A stretch of 64,000 bases of DNA from the NCBI RefSeq assembly GCF_009914755.1, contig NC_060927.1; one strand, written 5' to 3'. Of this stretch, positions 26,166 through 42,240 are shown one piece after another. This stretch comes from the human T2T-CHM13v2.0 reference genome, Homo sapiens. The notes under the pieces are model-generated. The model was given only the letters and a program-made list of their open reading frames with translations. It searched no databases and was not told the origin of the DNA. The translations under genes and the position numbers were made by a program. The first letter of the stretch is position 1. The number at the start of each line of letters is the position of its first letter.

Positions 26166-26849
26166 TGTAAGTTACCCTTCACATAAGCTAGTTTTTAGCA
26201 GATCAGTAAGTGTGAGTTCCTCTTGAAAAAGGATGAGAAATGATGCAGTTATAGTTACTTTATTAGCCAGTGTATTTTAAAGATTGATGAGTGTCTTCAT
26301 CAGATAATTAGTAAACCTACTCTGTCATGAGTTGCTGAAAAAAAAACAGTCTATCAAACTTAGATTTCTTTTTAACTATTATGTTATTTCCCAGTTACTT
26401 TAAAGATAATTCATATTCATAGGAATTTACAAATATGTTTTTTAAAAAATTAACCCATGTAGTTTAATTAAAGACATTCAAATAATGTTTTCTGTATTAC
26501 TGACCGAGGAAAACTATGTTACATAAATTAAAAATAATTTTTTGGAACAAGAATACCTTATACACTTAGAAACTGCTGTCTTATCAACAATACATGAAGT
26601 TTATTGAATAGTTTACCTTTCGGCTTTAGCTAGTTTTGAAAATTTTATCAAGAAAGCAGAGATATACACATTACAACAGTTGAAATTTTTGTAACTGAAA
26701 TTACAAAATGAACGGTTCTTGATTTTTCAGAATCTGGTTGTAGCTTAAGTTTTTATGATTCAGAGATCTGTTTCTTGGACATCATCTCTATTTACAGTGG
26801 GTTACTGAACCAGTTTACATCATCATCATCTCTATAGGGACATTTTTCT

Positions 26850-26945
26850 CATTTGTCTTGATTACCACTCTATTCCCAGGACATAGAGCCACACCTGGTA
26901 TATGGAATCATTAATAAATATATGTTGAGTGAATTAATACATAAA
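26850..26945 (+). mobile_element. L2 3' end relic
   Basis: tattcccaggacatagagccacacctggtatatgga..cattaataaatatatgttgagtgaat. Confidence 0.55.
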
Positions 26946-27889
26946 ACTGAATTAAGTCAGGGAAAAAGGTAAAAAAGGAGAGAGACATGCTTCAGTAATC
27001 AAGGGAATGGTGAGTTAGAAAACAGGTCAATTTTCAGCAATATGAAATGCCAAAGGTATACACTGTAGAATAACAAAAGTTTTTTAAGTAAACAAAAAAT
27101 CAAACTGAAAAACCAAAATTTAAAAATACAAGTTTACATTTATTTTAATTAAAAGTTAAAGCTTCTGCTCTGTGAAAGACGCTATTAAGGGAATGAAAGG
27201 GCAAGCCTGAAAATCTTTGCAAAATACTTATATGATAAAGAATTGTTATCCAAAAATACACAATGAACTCCTAAAATTCAACAATTAAAAAAAACAACAA
27301 CAGACAACTCAGTGAAAAAACGGGCAAAAGACCTGAACAGATACCTCACAAAAGAAGATCTACAGATGGCAAATAAGTATATATGTTCAACACTGCATGT
27401 CCTTAGGAAAGTGTAAACTAAAACAATGAAATGCCACTAAGCACTTAAGAGTGGCTAAAATCCAAACACAAAAAACGTTAAATGTTGGCGAGGATGTGGA
27501 GCAAGAGGAATTCTCATTCATTGCTGGTGGTAAGGCAAAAACTGTACAACCACTCTAAAAGACAGCTTGGTGGTTTATCACAAAATTAAGCATACTCATC
27601 ATACATTCCAGCAATTTTGTTCCTTGGTATTTACCCAAATGGGTACAAAACTTACACCCACACAAAATCTTGCGTCCTCATACATAGTTGCCAAAATTTG
27701 GAAGCAACCAAGATGCTTTCAAAAGGTAAAAGGATAAACTGTGGTATGTCTCCACAATAAAATATTATTCAGTGTTAAGAAATGAGCTATCAAGTCATAA
27801 AAAGACATATGGGAAACTTAAATGCTTATTATTATACAAGGTGAAAGAGGCCAATCTAAAAAGGCTCCATGCTGTATAGATTTTAACTA

Positions 27890-29371
<1,482 letters not shown>

Positions 29372-31099
29372 TATGTGACAGTCTGGAAAAGTCAAAACTA
29401 TAGAGATAGTACAAAGATCAGTGATTACCATGATTTTAGAGTGGGGAAAGGGATAGAGAAATGAATAGGTGGACCAAAGAAGAATTTAAAGACAGTGCAA
29501 CTTTTGTATGTAATACTTTGATGGTGAATTCATGTCATTATACATTTGTCAAAGCCCATAGACTATATACCACAAAGAGTAAACCCTAATGTAAACTATC
29601 AACCTTTTGATTAATTATATAACAATATAGGCTCATCAATTATAAGAAATGCACCACACTAATGCAAGATATTAATGTAACAGAAAACTCTGGGTAGGGG
29701 AAGGCAGGGATGGCAGATAGGGTATATGGGAACTCTGGACATTCTGTTCAATGTTTCTGTAAGCCTAAGACTGTTCTAGAAAAATCTATTAATTAAAAAA
29801 ATTGCATGCCTAGAGTGAATGAAAAAATTTTCTGTCCAAATAATCTGAATTGACAAAATGGTCAATAATAATGTCCAAAATTGACAATACAATTAGTGGA
29901 AGATTCAAATACACCAATTACCATAGATAGCTTCACATATTAATTGTATCTAATCTTTTGAATTGGAAATATAAATGATATTTAAAATAGGTAAAGCCAT
30001 AGAAAAATGTGAAGATTTGTCAAATTATTTGATAAAGAATAATTCTTCAAAAAATTGATATTGGTAGGCTAAAAATGGAACTGTAAATTAATCTGTCATG
30101 AATATAGATCAAATGTATTATATTAACCATTGGAAAACAAAATACAGCAATTGATATGAGAAATAATATACCGTGTTTAATCAAGATTTATATCAGAAAT
30201 AAAAGGATGAATTAGTATGAGAAATTCTGTCAACAAACAAAAAATAAACAAGTTTAGGCTGAAATGTAGAGTATCTTTTTCGTAAAGATTATCCCTAGGG
30301 ATAATAGCTTCATTTACATATAGAAAATAAATTTCAGCTTTATCAATGTACCTCAGAGCCTCTGCATGGACAGTGCCCTTTATACCTTAGATTGCTTATA
30401 AATGGTGTTCTTTTTTTTTTTTTTGGCCAATTAATTAACACCTTGGTCTGAAGTCATGATAAATTCCATTTCCGGTCTGTGAATGCTTGTCCCGTGGTTC
30501 CATGTCCCAGTTTCAGCCTGTGCACTCCTCAGATCTCTGAGAATATGCTAATAAAACAAGAGCATCTAAGGTACATTTGTTTTCAACTATTAACAAGACT
30601 AAAGACCATGGACAAAGCCCTTCTTATTACAGCCTTTACGGGAAAACAAAATGTCAAGTTAGAGAACATCAAAAAATGCTGTGAACTAGTTATCTTACTT
30701 GATCTAGTTCCCTTTTTGTCACCTCAGTTCTTTTGATTCTTTCTTTTTAGTTTATGGTGAATATGCTAGAAATGTTTTTGAAAAACATTTACCAGTCTCT
30801 CCAAATTGATTGACAAATTTTCTGACCTCTTATATTACTAAGGTTGAGAGCTGACATTTACTTCCTCAACTAGGTCATCTTCAGTTCAAAATCTATACTT
30901 TTATCCTTGTTTATGATCTAGAACACACATACACAAGTGGGTACAAAACAATGTGCTTCTCATGGATACTAACATAGCCACCAACAAAGGCAAAGTGCTG
31001 AATAATGCCAGTAACTGAGAAGCCTCTGCTGGCTGTCTACTGATGACTTCTGCAAATATAACACCATCCTGCATTATTTTGCTCATCACTTCTTTGTTT

Positions 31100-31780
31100 T
31101 TTTAAAAAATAATTGTACATAAGTATGTAACATTAAACACTATAACTTATTTGTTTACTTATTGAATAGTTACTTTCAGTCAATATTATGTTTGTGAGAT
31201 TCTTCCCTTTTGTGGTGAATAGCATTAAATTTTTCAAAGTTTGTTCATTTGTTGCTGTATACTATTTCATTACACAAATGTATCAGTGTTTCCTTACCCA
31301 TTCTACTCTTGATGAAACTCTGGGCTATTTTCAGTTCACAGCTCTTATGAGTAAAGCAGATATTAATATTCTTGTCAAGTATTCTTAGTGCAAGTGGATA
31401 CCAATTTCTGTTGCATATATTTTTGGCCTTGAATTACTGGATTATAAAGTATACACTGACTTGGTTTATGACAGCAATGCCAAACAGTCTTCCAAAGTGA
31501 GTTTACAAATTTTCACTCATATCAGCACTGTATGATAGTTCCTCTCTCTCCACATTTTTCATGATGCTTGTGTTTTCATTTCTTGTTAGGTAGTTTTATC
31601 TAAATAAATAATGTGCTTTTAGTTTGCATTTCTCTCATTACTAATAAGACCAAACACTTTTGCATATGTTTGTTTGGCATTTGTACACACTCTTGGTGAA
31701 GTGTTCTAACATTTTTCTTCTGGCTTATTTATACAATTTTATCATAATATACAGGAATTATCTTTATATTTCTCTGGTTC
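31100..31780 (-). mobile_element. Ancient L1ME fragment
   Basis: ccaaacagtcttccaaagtga, tttagtttgcatttctctcattactaat, tgtttgtgagattcttccc. Confidence 0.65.
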
Positions 31781-31879
31781 CTTTACTCCTAATCAATGCC
31801 AGATACTGATGTCATATTTTATCTTTTGTTTTTGCATTTGCAGTTAATTGTGTAATACCTGCAAAGAGGAATTACTTAA

Positions 31880-32115
31880 TAAATTACGCAGTGACAATAA
31901 GCTTATTGAGATCATGAGTTTGGCACCTGATATATGTAGGTTGAAATCATGAACTTTCCACTCAGTTATGTAAATGAAACATTACGTTGACTTTTTTACA
32001 TTTTAAAATTGGTATTATGATACATGCTTAGCAGCATTTTTAAATTATAAAGTATAAGATGTTACATGAAGCTGTCATATGCTGCCTGAAATATGGCAAC
32101 AACTCATAAAATGAT
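31880..32115. mobile_element. MIR relic
   Basis: ggttgaaatc...ttccactcagttatgt...ttttaaaattggtattatgatac...gcaactcataaaatgatag. Confidence 0.45.
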
Positions 32116-32537
32116 AGATGTTAATATCTGATGGTTGAAAGAAGGAAGAATTACATTTAAAATGGTTACCAGTAACTTCCATGCACAATAGATGTAAGTG
32201 TATAAGCTAAACATGCAAAATAAAATATATTTTCCCTAAATCACATGCCCATCATGACTTCTTTTTACTACTTGATACTTTGCCAAGTCATCAAAACTTT
32301 AAAGTATCTGATTTCTCTTTCGTTTCCCTTTCTAACAGTCGTCCGTCCCATGCATCCATTCATTCAAAGAAATGGATCCAGGGAAGGACTAACATTACAA
32401 GTATGCCATGTCCTCATTTACCTTCATGGATACACCATACAACGTTCATAGTACATTTTCAAGTTAATATGTTTCATTTCCTTTTAACAAACATTTTTCA
32501 TGCTCTGCTATGTGTTTAACCCTTCTAAGTATTCTAA

Positions 32538-32617
32538 GGTTTGTTTGTTTGTTTGTTTGTTTGTTTGTTTTGAGACAGAGCCTCTCTCTGTCACCCAGGC
32601 TGGAGTGCAGTGGCGCA
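32538..32617 (-). mobile_element. Alu 3' fragment with (TTTG)n tail
   Basis: (gttt)8 then tgagacagagcctctctctgtcacccaggctggagtgcagtggcgca, ending abruptly. Confidence 0.9.
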
Positions 32618-35010
32618 GAATAATTATAGTGAAAGAATAATAGTGCATCATTTGAGAAATTCTTCCTTAATGTGTAGATTCATGCTATTTGAATGCTATT
32701 CCAACCTGTTAACTGCTAAGACTTAAAATATCCTACACTATAATATCACATGCTTAGTGTCTAAACTATAGTTATCACTTGTAACCAATATGATTTTGTT
32801 CCTGTTCTCACATCATTGACAATCTTCACAACAGAGGTAAAATTGAGCAGTTCCTCTTTGTGCCCCATGGTGTCTAACACAGCCAGTGCTCTTTTCTCCC
32901 AAACAGATTCATGTTTGTTTCATTATAGGGAGGTTAATTTTCCAATATGTTGTTCAAGGCTTTTCATAATCTTCTCTTGCTTATGTGTTTGGGATTAAGT
33001 CTCACCTTTCAATTTTATGGCATTTTGATTAAAATTACTTTTAGTTGCTCAGACTTGTCATTCTCTCCCCCACCCACTTGGCCTTCACTCGTGCTGTTCT
33101 TTTGACTGAAGCATTCTTTATCAATTGGCTCCTCACTTTTTTGAATGGCTATCATTTCATGATACTAGTGCCTATTTTCTAAAAGTACCACATCACCTGC
33201 TTTTTAATACAAAATGAATTAAAATTATAGATAAATTTGTAATAGTCCTTGAGATAACTTGGAACAAATGAGATGTTTTAAGCCCAGAATTATATATACT
33301 GAGGAACAAAGTTTATAAATTTAGTCCCTGCAGAGAAAAATGTGTTTTATATAAAGAAGCACAGATGTGTATAGATAAAAATGTGTTCCTGACTATCTCT
33401 TTCATTAAATCTTAATACCACAATGAAATAAATGTTTAGTCAGACATAACTGTGCTCTATTTTCAGGACACAAATTTCTATTTTAATTCATCTAAAGCAG
33501 TTGGATATTGGCAATTTCATATATTTAACCTAAAACTTAGCACAACTTCAGGTACAAAGTAAATGATAAATATCAACTAAAAATTAGCTAAATATCAATA
33601 AATATCAATTAAAAGTCAGCTAAATATCAACTAAATAAAAAAAATTAAACTAAAAATCACTTCTAGACATTGTCAGCCCCAAGTCAAACTTCCTTACCAC
33701 TCTGTCCGGTCCATAATGTATATGTCCTTTTTATCAACTTTTTACTGTAAGGTATTTAATAAGCAAACAGCTTGATTTATTAAACTTTGTCATTTGTCTT
33801 TCTCCATTCATTGATCCTAACTGCCACCCTAGTGCTTTATACAGAGTGAATGCACAATTAATATTACTTGCATGAATATAAAATTAATGTTTACCTGGCC
33901 ATTTTGTTAAAAATAAACTTGGTGTTTTACCATAATTTTAATTTTTAACAAGTCCCACACATTTTATAGAAATATTAGCAGGTATCCATTATATTGTTCA
34001 TTTTCTTTCTGGTGGTTTGGGTTGATGTTTGTAGATTGAAATTATAATAGCTCAGATGAGAATAAGGTTATATTGTATATGTGAATTAATGCAAAATATA
34101 TCACTTTGAATTCAGATCCATGGAATAAAAACTTCTATTGTTATGTAGCAAAGGCTAGGCCATCTGAGTTTTTGATAATTACAAGAATGTTTGCTGCACC
34201 ACTCCTGTGATGATTTCCACATGAAGCACATGAGAGCTCTGCATAGCACATTTATTTGATATGTATATAGGAAAATGCATACCTTTTTAAAAAGAGCCTA
34301 TTACATAACAAACATCAGGAAAGGATAAGGAACAATCAGAAGGTCAGGGGAAGGGGATCAGTTTTTTAAACTTCTGGGTATCAGGAATTCATTATGTGTA
34401 AAACAAAAAAAATGAAATCCAAAATGCATTTTTTTGAAGTATGCTGTTATATTTTGAAAGCTTAATATTTAAGTGCTGTCTTAGAATAGCACAAGTAATC
34501 ATTGATGTTCTCCCACAAGTCCTGTATAATTTCTGCTTACAATTAAGTGTGATACTACAAAATACATGCAGTAGCATTGCATCAATTCTTCTTTTAATAT
34601 CTGCTTAAAAACCATTTGCATGTGTTTTTCTGTTAGCATTCAGAATGCTCCATAAAATCCAATTAAGACTTTAGACTTTATGGGAAACTATCAAAATGTC
34701 TTTAGTTAATTCAACTGATATTTCAAAACAGTAAAACTCACAAAATGGAGCCACTATCACATGCTGCTTGTAACCGTATATTGAACATGATTTTCAAATT
34801 GCCATAACTTATATTTCTTATGTATATATTTGCTCTTTTAAAAAATTAAAGTATATTTTAATTTCAATATTAAGTAGAAAGTCTGCATTTTCATGGACAG
34901 TTCTTAGAATTCCTACTTGATTTTTCTTATATTTTAGACCAAGGATTGCTCTCCTCTCCAATTGTAGAAAGGCATTCCTTTTATTACATTTTAAAAAGTA
35001 GCTCACTGAT

Positions 35011-35825
35011 GGGGTTGCAGACACTTCTCAAAAGAAGACATTTATGCAGCCAAAAAACACATGAAAAAATGCTCATCATCACTGGCCATCAGAGAAATGC
35101 AAATCAAAACCACAATGAGATACCATCTCACACCAGTTAGAATGGCAATCATTAAAAAGTCAGGAAACAACAGGTGCTGGAGAGGATGTGGAGAAATAGG
35201 AACACTTTTACACTGTTGGTGGGACTGTAAACTAGTTCAACCATTGTGGAAGTCAGTGTGGCGATTCCTCAGGGATCTAGAACTAGAAATACCATTTGAC
35301 CCAGCCATCCCATTACTGGGTATATACCCAAATGACTATAAATCATGCTACTATAAAGACACATGCACACGTATGTTTATTGCGGCATTATTCACAATAG
35401 CAAAGACTTGGAACCAACCCAAATGTCCAACAATGATAGACTGGATTAAGAAAATGTGGCCCATATACACCATGGAATACTATGCAGCCATAAAAAATGA
35501 TGAGTTCATGTCCTTTGTAGGGACATGGATGAAATTGGAAATCATCATTCTCAGTAAACCATCGCAAGAACAAAAAACCAAACACCGCATATTCTCACTC
35601 ATAGGTGGGAATTGAACTATGAGAACACATGGACACAGGAAGGGGAATATCACACTCTGGGGACTGTGGTGGGGTCGGGGGAGGGGGGAGGGACAGCATT
35701 GGGAGATATACCTAATGCTAGATGACGAGTTAGTGGGTGCAGGGCACCAGCATGGCACATGTATACATATGTAACTAACCTGCACAATGTGCACATGTAC
35801 CCTAAAACTTAAAGTATAATAAAAA
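35011..35825 (+). mobile_element. Young 5'-truncated L1 (L1PA2-type), ~810 bp
   Basis: Uninterrupted ORF2 C-terminal 184 aa (35061-35615); 3' UTR has gatgacGAGttagtggg rather than Ta ACA; 18-bp TSD aaaaagtagctcactgat (34993-35010, 35826-35843) at a tt/aaaa site. Confidence 0.95.
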
Positions 35826-37499
35826 AAAAAGTAGCTCACTGATAGAATCAATAATAATTATAAACTTAGATTCTTGATACCATTATCTTATAAGCACTTG
35901 TAAGAAACCAAGCAACAGTATATTTAAAGTGTAATTGGGCATATATAATCACATAAAATTATAGTTCTTTTAATTCTTTTTAAATACTACATTATGATTA
36001 TTGGATCATGAGTAAGTAAATGGATAGAAGTGTGAAGAAAGAAGGAAGGAAAGAAAATGAGGCAAAAATAAGTCTGAGCTATGTAGCTTGCGTTTAGTTA
36101 GGCCAACCTCTTTGATCAACATCTCACTTCAAAAGTCAATTGATGTTTGAATGATTAAAAAGCTAGACTTTCTTCTAAAAAACAACAAGCAACCCATTAT
36201 ATTATATATAAAAGGGGAAAATTCAATATCATATGCTCTTTAGATAGACTTTTTGCCTCTTTTGAAGCTAGTATGAAAAAATTATTTTTCTTGTAACTGA
36301 AGAACTGAATCATGACACTAATTCTCTGACTGTCAGATAAAGGAATGAATAGGCAAGCTTAGAGAGATAAAAGACAATAACTTATATAAAAGAAAGAATA
36401 CACTAATACTTCATGATAGAATTCACATTTTGGCTAATTTTCATAAGCATGAATGTCTTTGTCTTTGGGTTTATATTATATAAACTGAAACCACACAAAT
36501 ATAAACTAACGAATGGCACATAGTTTATCTGACTTCCTTGCACAAAAACAGAAACCTAAATTTCACATGCAAAGGAAAAAAAACGACTGGAGTCTGAATC
36601 TTGTATGGCTTGACTTTTCTCTATTGGGAAAAGACTCTGTTATTTACTTAATAATAGTATTAAGAATTATTATCATTATTAGTTTTAATAATTATAGTAG
36701 AGCTGGGATATTTAAAAATATATTAATGCAGAAGGGCCAGATAATTATTCTTAAATTCCTTACTAATATGAAAAAATTAGAACGTGAAGTTAGAAATGTC
36801 TTAATCATAGCCCTCATAAGAGTCAGATGACATGATCTAGGATTTCTTAGTGAAAATCTTCTGCTTAATTTATACTTAGGTAACTCGGAGAATGGGCTTA
36901 TCTGGAAACTTTCTAATGTTGAAGTCATATACTCTTCAATTTTCTTTATTGCCTTGGAAGAAATATGAAAGGTGATACACAAATGAAATTTTAATTTAAA
37001 AATACCCATATTAGCCAAATATTCTATTAGGAAGCTGAATTTCAATGCTAAATCAGAGACAAGAGTATGATGCTCTTATCTTTGAATATCTCTTTATTGT
37101 TTTCCTTACGTGGCCTTATATCCATCTACGCCTTTTGCATCTTCCTGACAATAGATTCCAGTGAACATCTCTTAGGCTATGGAAGGCTTATCATTAATAA
37201 CATTCTTAGCTATTAAGGCTTTCTGACATTCCCCAAGTTCACAATGTGAAAACTGAATTATATAAAGATTAAATCTTTTGTATATCCCAGTTCGTAAAAC
37301 AGAGGAAACTGTTATAGTTTTCTCTATCCCTAACAGTAACAAGCAACGGAGATATTTTAAATTCTCACATACCTTTCTGTATACCATTCTTCAAGGCAGT
37401 AGTTAATCTGATCAAGAGTATTTTAAAGCTATGAAATGACCGACTGAGAAACAGAGGCAACAAACCCAAAGTCATTACTATGGCTTATGAGACTTTATA

Positions 37500-38545
<1,046 letters not shown>

Positions 38546-38663
38546 GATTTTGGTAGTTTACGTTTGATTATTCTGTCCCCTCACTGATTCATGATAGTTA
38601 TGCACATCTCCGTATCTTTTATCTCCTTCTTCTCCTGCAGCATCATGTAAAAATACAAGAATC

Positions 38664-38969
<306 letters not shown>

Positions 38970-39169
38970 AAAATACAATAATTTTTCAAAGAGCATTTAT
39001 TAATTTATACCAAATTGAGGGCCCTTACTAGACTTTATTGGAGGCAATATGTGTGTGTGTTGGTGTATATAGCGTGTGTGCATGCATGTGTCTGTATGTA
39101 TGTCATGATTTCAGAAATCATGATTTTTTTTTTTATTAATTAGGGTTAGATTTATCCATACGTGATGAG

Positions 39170-39500
39170 TAGTTTAAAAGTAGAAGTATAGTGGGTAATG
39201 CCAGGCTATTGTCACTCCAGGACCCAGGCTTCTTGTAATTTGCAGCCCTATCATGCATGGGTCCCAGGCCACAGTTCATTTCATAGTCAAAGATGATGTT
39301 TCCAGCTCCAACTCTGTTCTGCCAGCAGGAGAGAGAAGTGTAAAATAGAAAGATATGGTTCTTTCCATTTAAAGATGCCTTTTAAAAATTGTCCATACTC
39401 TTCTTATATCTCATTAGCCAATGATGTCAAGGACCACATACAGCTCTAAGAGAAGAGATGGGAAATCTCAAATAAATGCTCTGGGTGGTGGAAACACTAA
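39170..39500. mobile_element. Old MLT1 LTR relic
   Basis: caggacccaggcttctt...ttatatctcattagcca...accacatacagctctaagaga...gggaaat. Confidence 0.5.
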
Positions 39501-40919
39501 CTATTGCTTACAAGCAAGAAGGAGCTTAATTTTATAAAACAGGCTTCTCCACCCTGAAGAGTCTCATGTATTCTTCTTCTCACATATAAAATAGAGTCAT
39601 GGCTTTCAATGAGAGACACCTCAGAGAACTATGCAATTACTACTTCCAGTCTGTAGTCCAAAATTTCTTAAGGATAAGCTACATATATCTCATAATAGTC
39701 TAGTGACCTATAAGCCATATCGCAATTTAAAATCTTCTGAATATTTAATTCCCACCCAACTGGTATGGAAACAGGACAAATATAATGAAATGATAATGAA
39801 TGATAGAAAATAAACAGCAATCAGTGGCCATAACTTTTATTCAATCGTATGATGCAAGGATAGAAAAAAATCTTCCTTCCATGACACATCATGCCCAATA
39901 GGTTCTATCATTGAGCTTAGCAATGGAGATTGCAACCCACCTGATGGTGTCTCAGCTTTCACAGCAGGCTTTCTGCTGGCCCATGATCGGGCCTGTTGTT
40001 TCTTTAGCATATAAGAAATTACAAGCTCTATCAGTCAGAGTGTGTGGTTCTGACAGTATAATTTCCCTCAAAACTTAATAGGTTTCCAGTCAATTTCTTC
40101 TAGAACATTCCATGTGCAAGCAATTGCAGCCAAATATTTTGATAATATATATTACTGTAGGCTTAAAGACTCTTATCTTTTATTTATCATCCTCTTGCTT
40201 ATTTTAAACTACTTAAAAATATCTGAAACAATAGCCTTGGGTGGAAAAGGAACCAATTTAATCTGATCTTTTCTACAGAGAGTAAAATGTTTGAAATAGG
40301 CTTGGGGGAATAGTTTTATGTTCAAGTCCATGTCTGAGAGCTACCATCAATGATGGCTTTGGTTTGGAGCATGAGTATATTTGTTTCTTAATCTACAGAG
40401 TCTCCAAATTATTGGGCTTTTAATCAATGAAAATTGCCCAGATTATTTTTCTTGGCAGAATGATAATCTTTGTCAACTCTACTTTTGGACTGGCAAATTC
40501 TAGGCTAAGTATTACTCTCTCTTAAGCATCTAGAAATATTTAATAAATACCTACACTTTGAAAATTTCCTATCATTTGCTCTAATGCTATAGCCTCTTTT
40601 AGTATATGATCTGCCTTTGAACAAACAACAGTACATAATTTCTGCCAAATATTTTGATATTGAATAGTACCTGTTATTACCTTTTAATGTCTGATCCTTC
40701 TTTCCTAACATATGGCAAATTCTATAAATCCAGTGCCACAGGTTTCGGTTTTGTTATTTATAGCACTATGAACCAGGTACCAAAGTCTGCATTAGTCAAG
40801 ATTAGGTTTGGCCGAGTAGCAGAATATGCACAATAAAAGTGATTAAAACATAATATTCCAGTGAATAGTGTTGGACTCCTCACAGTGTTGCATCTAAGGT
40901 CCTCCTATCAAAGGGAAGA

Positions 40920-41145
40920 TGAGATTATGGTATCTGGTGCCATACTGCCTGGGTTCAGGTTTCCCTTCACTTCTTACTATATAACCTATAGAAGTATAAC
41001 TCTATCTCTGTGTGCTTCAATTTTCTCACCTCTACAATTGAGATAATAAATATCTCATAAGATTGTTGTGAGAATTGAGCAAGCTAATACATATAATGAA
41101 CTCAGAACAATTCCAAGCACTGGGTAAACTGTATATGTGTTAGCT
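40920..41145 (+). mobile_element. MIR
   Basis: ctgcctgggttca...ctctgtgtgcttcaattttctcacctctacaattgagataataa...gttgtgagaattgag core. Confidence 0.75.
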
Positions 41146-41605
41146 TGTTACCAGGTAGCTTTTTCTATGCAACAACCGTCTAAACACTAGTGTCTTAAAA
41201 TATCAACCATGTATGTTGTTTACTTTCTTTGACTCAGCAGTTTGGGCAGTTTGGGATGAGCTTGGCTGATCTCCAGGCTGGGATATATGGTCAGCTGGTA
41301 GATCCACTGGGACTAGCATGCCCTCGCCTGAGAAAGGTAGAATAACTGGGCCTTCTATTGATGTGTTCTCACATCCTCTAGCAAGCTGGCATGAGCTTTT
41401 TTACAGAGCAAGTTCTGGTGTACCAACATTTTTCCAAATCTATGCTCGCATCATTTTTGCATCAGTTTTACATTGGCCAGAGCAAGGAACAATTCAGCAC
41501 ATGTTCACGGAGTGTAGAAGGACTCCAGTTCCTGAGGGCAAGAGTTATAATGTCACATTGGAAGAGATGAAAAATGTATAGTCATTTTTGCAATTGATTA
41601 CCACT
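41146..41605. mobile_element. MLT1 LTR relic
   Basis: caacaaccgtctaaacactagtgtcttaaaa...cattggccagagcaag...tcatttttgcaatt...ccac. Confidence 0.55.
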
Positions 41606-41761
41606 ATGTTTATGATTGCTGCTGGTGTTGAGCTGTGCCAGAAATGGGCTCATTCTCAAGTTAGTTAACACCACAGTCCAGTTTCAACCATCAAATTTTG
41701 CATTCCAACATTGGGGAAGGCAGAAACATCCACTTATTTTAAGGATAGATGTTGAAAATTC

Positions 41762-42240
41762 TGTAGTAGGCAGAATAATGCCCCACCCTCAAAGATGTCC
41801 ACATTTGAATCCCCAGAACCTATGACTTTGCTAAGTTATATGACAAGGGAGAATGAAAGTTGCAGATTATGATTGCTGATCAGGTGACCTTAATTTGAGG
41901 ATATTGTTCTGGATTACCCACGTGAGTTTCATGCAATCCCAAGGGATCATATAAGTGAAAGTGGGAGCCTGGAGAATCAGTGTCAGAGGCATAGAGTTCT
42001 GAAGACAATATGCTGCTTCATGGCTTTGAAGATGAATAAAGGGCCTTGAGTTAAGGAATGCAGGAGACCTCTGCAAGTTAGGAAAGGCAAGGAAACAGTT
42101 TCTATCCCAGAATTTTAGAAGGCATGTAGTCCTGGTGACACCTTGATTTTAACCCAGTGCCACCCATTCCAGACTTGTGACTTCCAGAACTGTAAGAATC
42201 CATTTATGCTGTTTTACGTCTATAATTTATGTTAATTATT
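41762..42240 (+). mobile_element. MLT1D-type LTR
   Basis: tgtagtaggcagaataatgcccc...aaagatgtccac...gacaccttgattttaacccagtg...gacttccagaactgtaaga. Confidence 0.8.

Noticed and set aside
35061-35615. Longest ORF (184 aa) as a host gene
   Set aside because: It is the C-terminus of L1 ORF2 in a promoterless 5'-truncated copy.
36513-37045. Overlapping 105-aa and 117-aa ORFs in unique DNA
   Set aside because: AT-biased composition, no recognisable domain and no convincing splice or promoter context.
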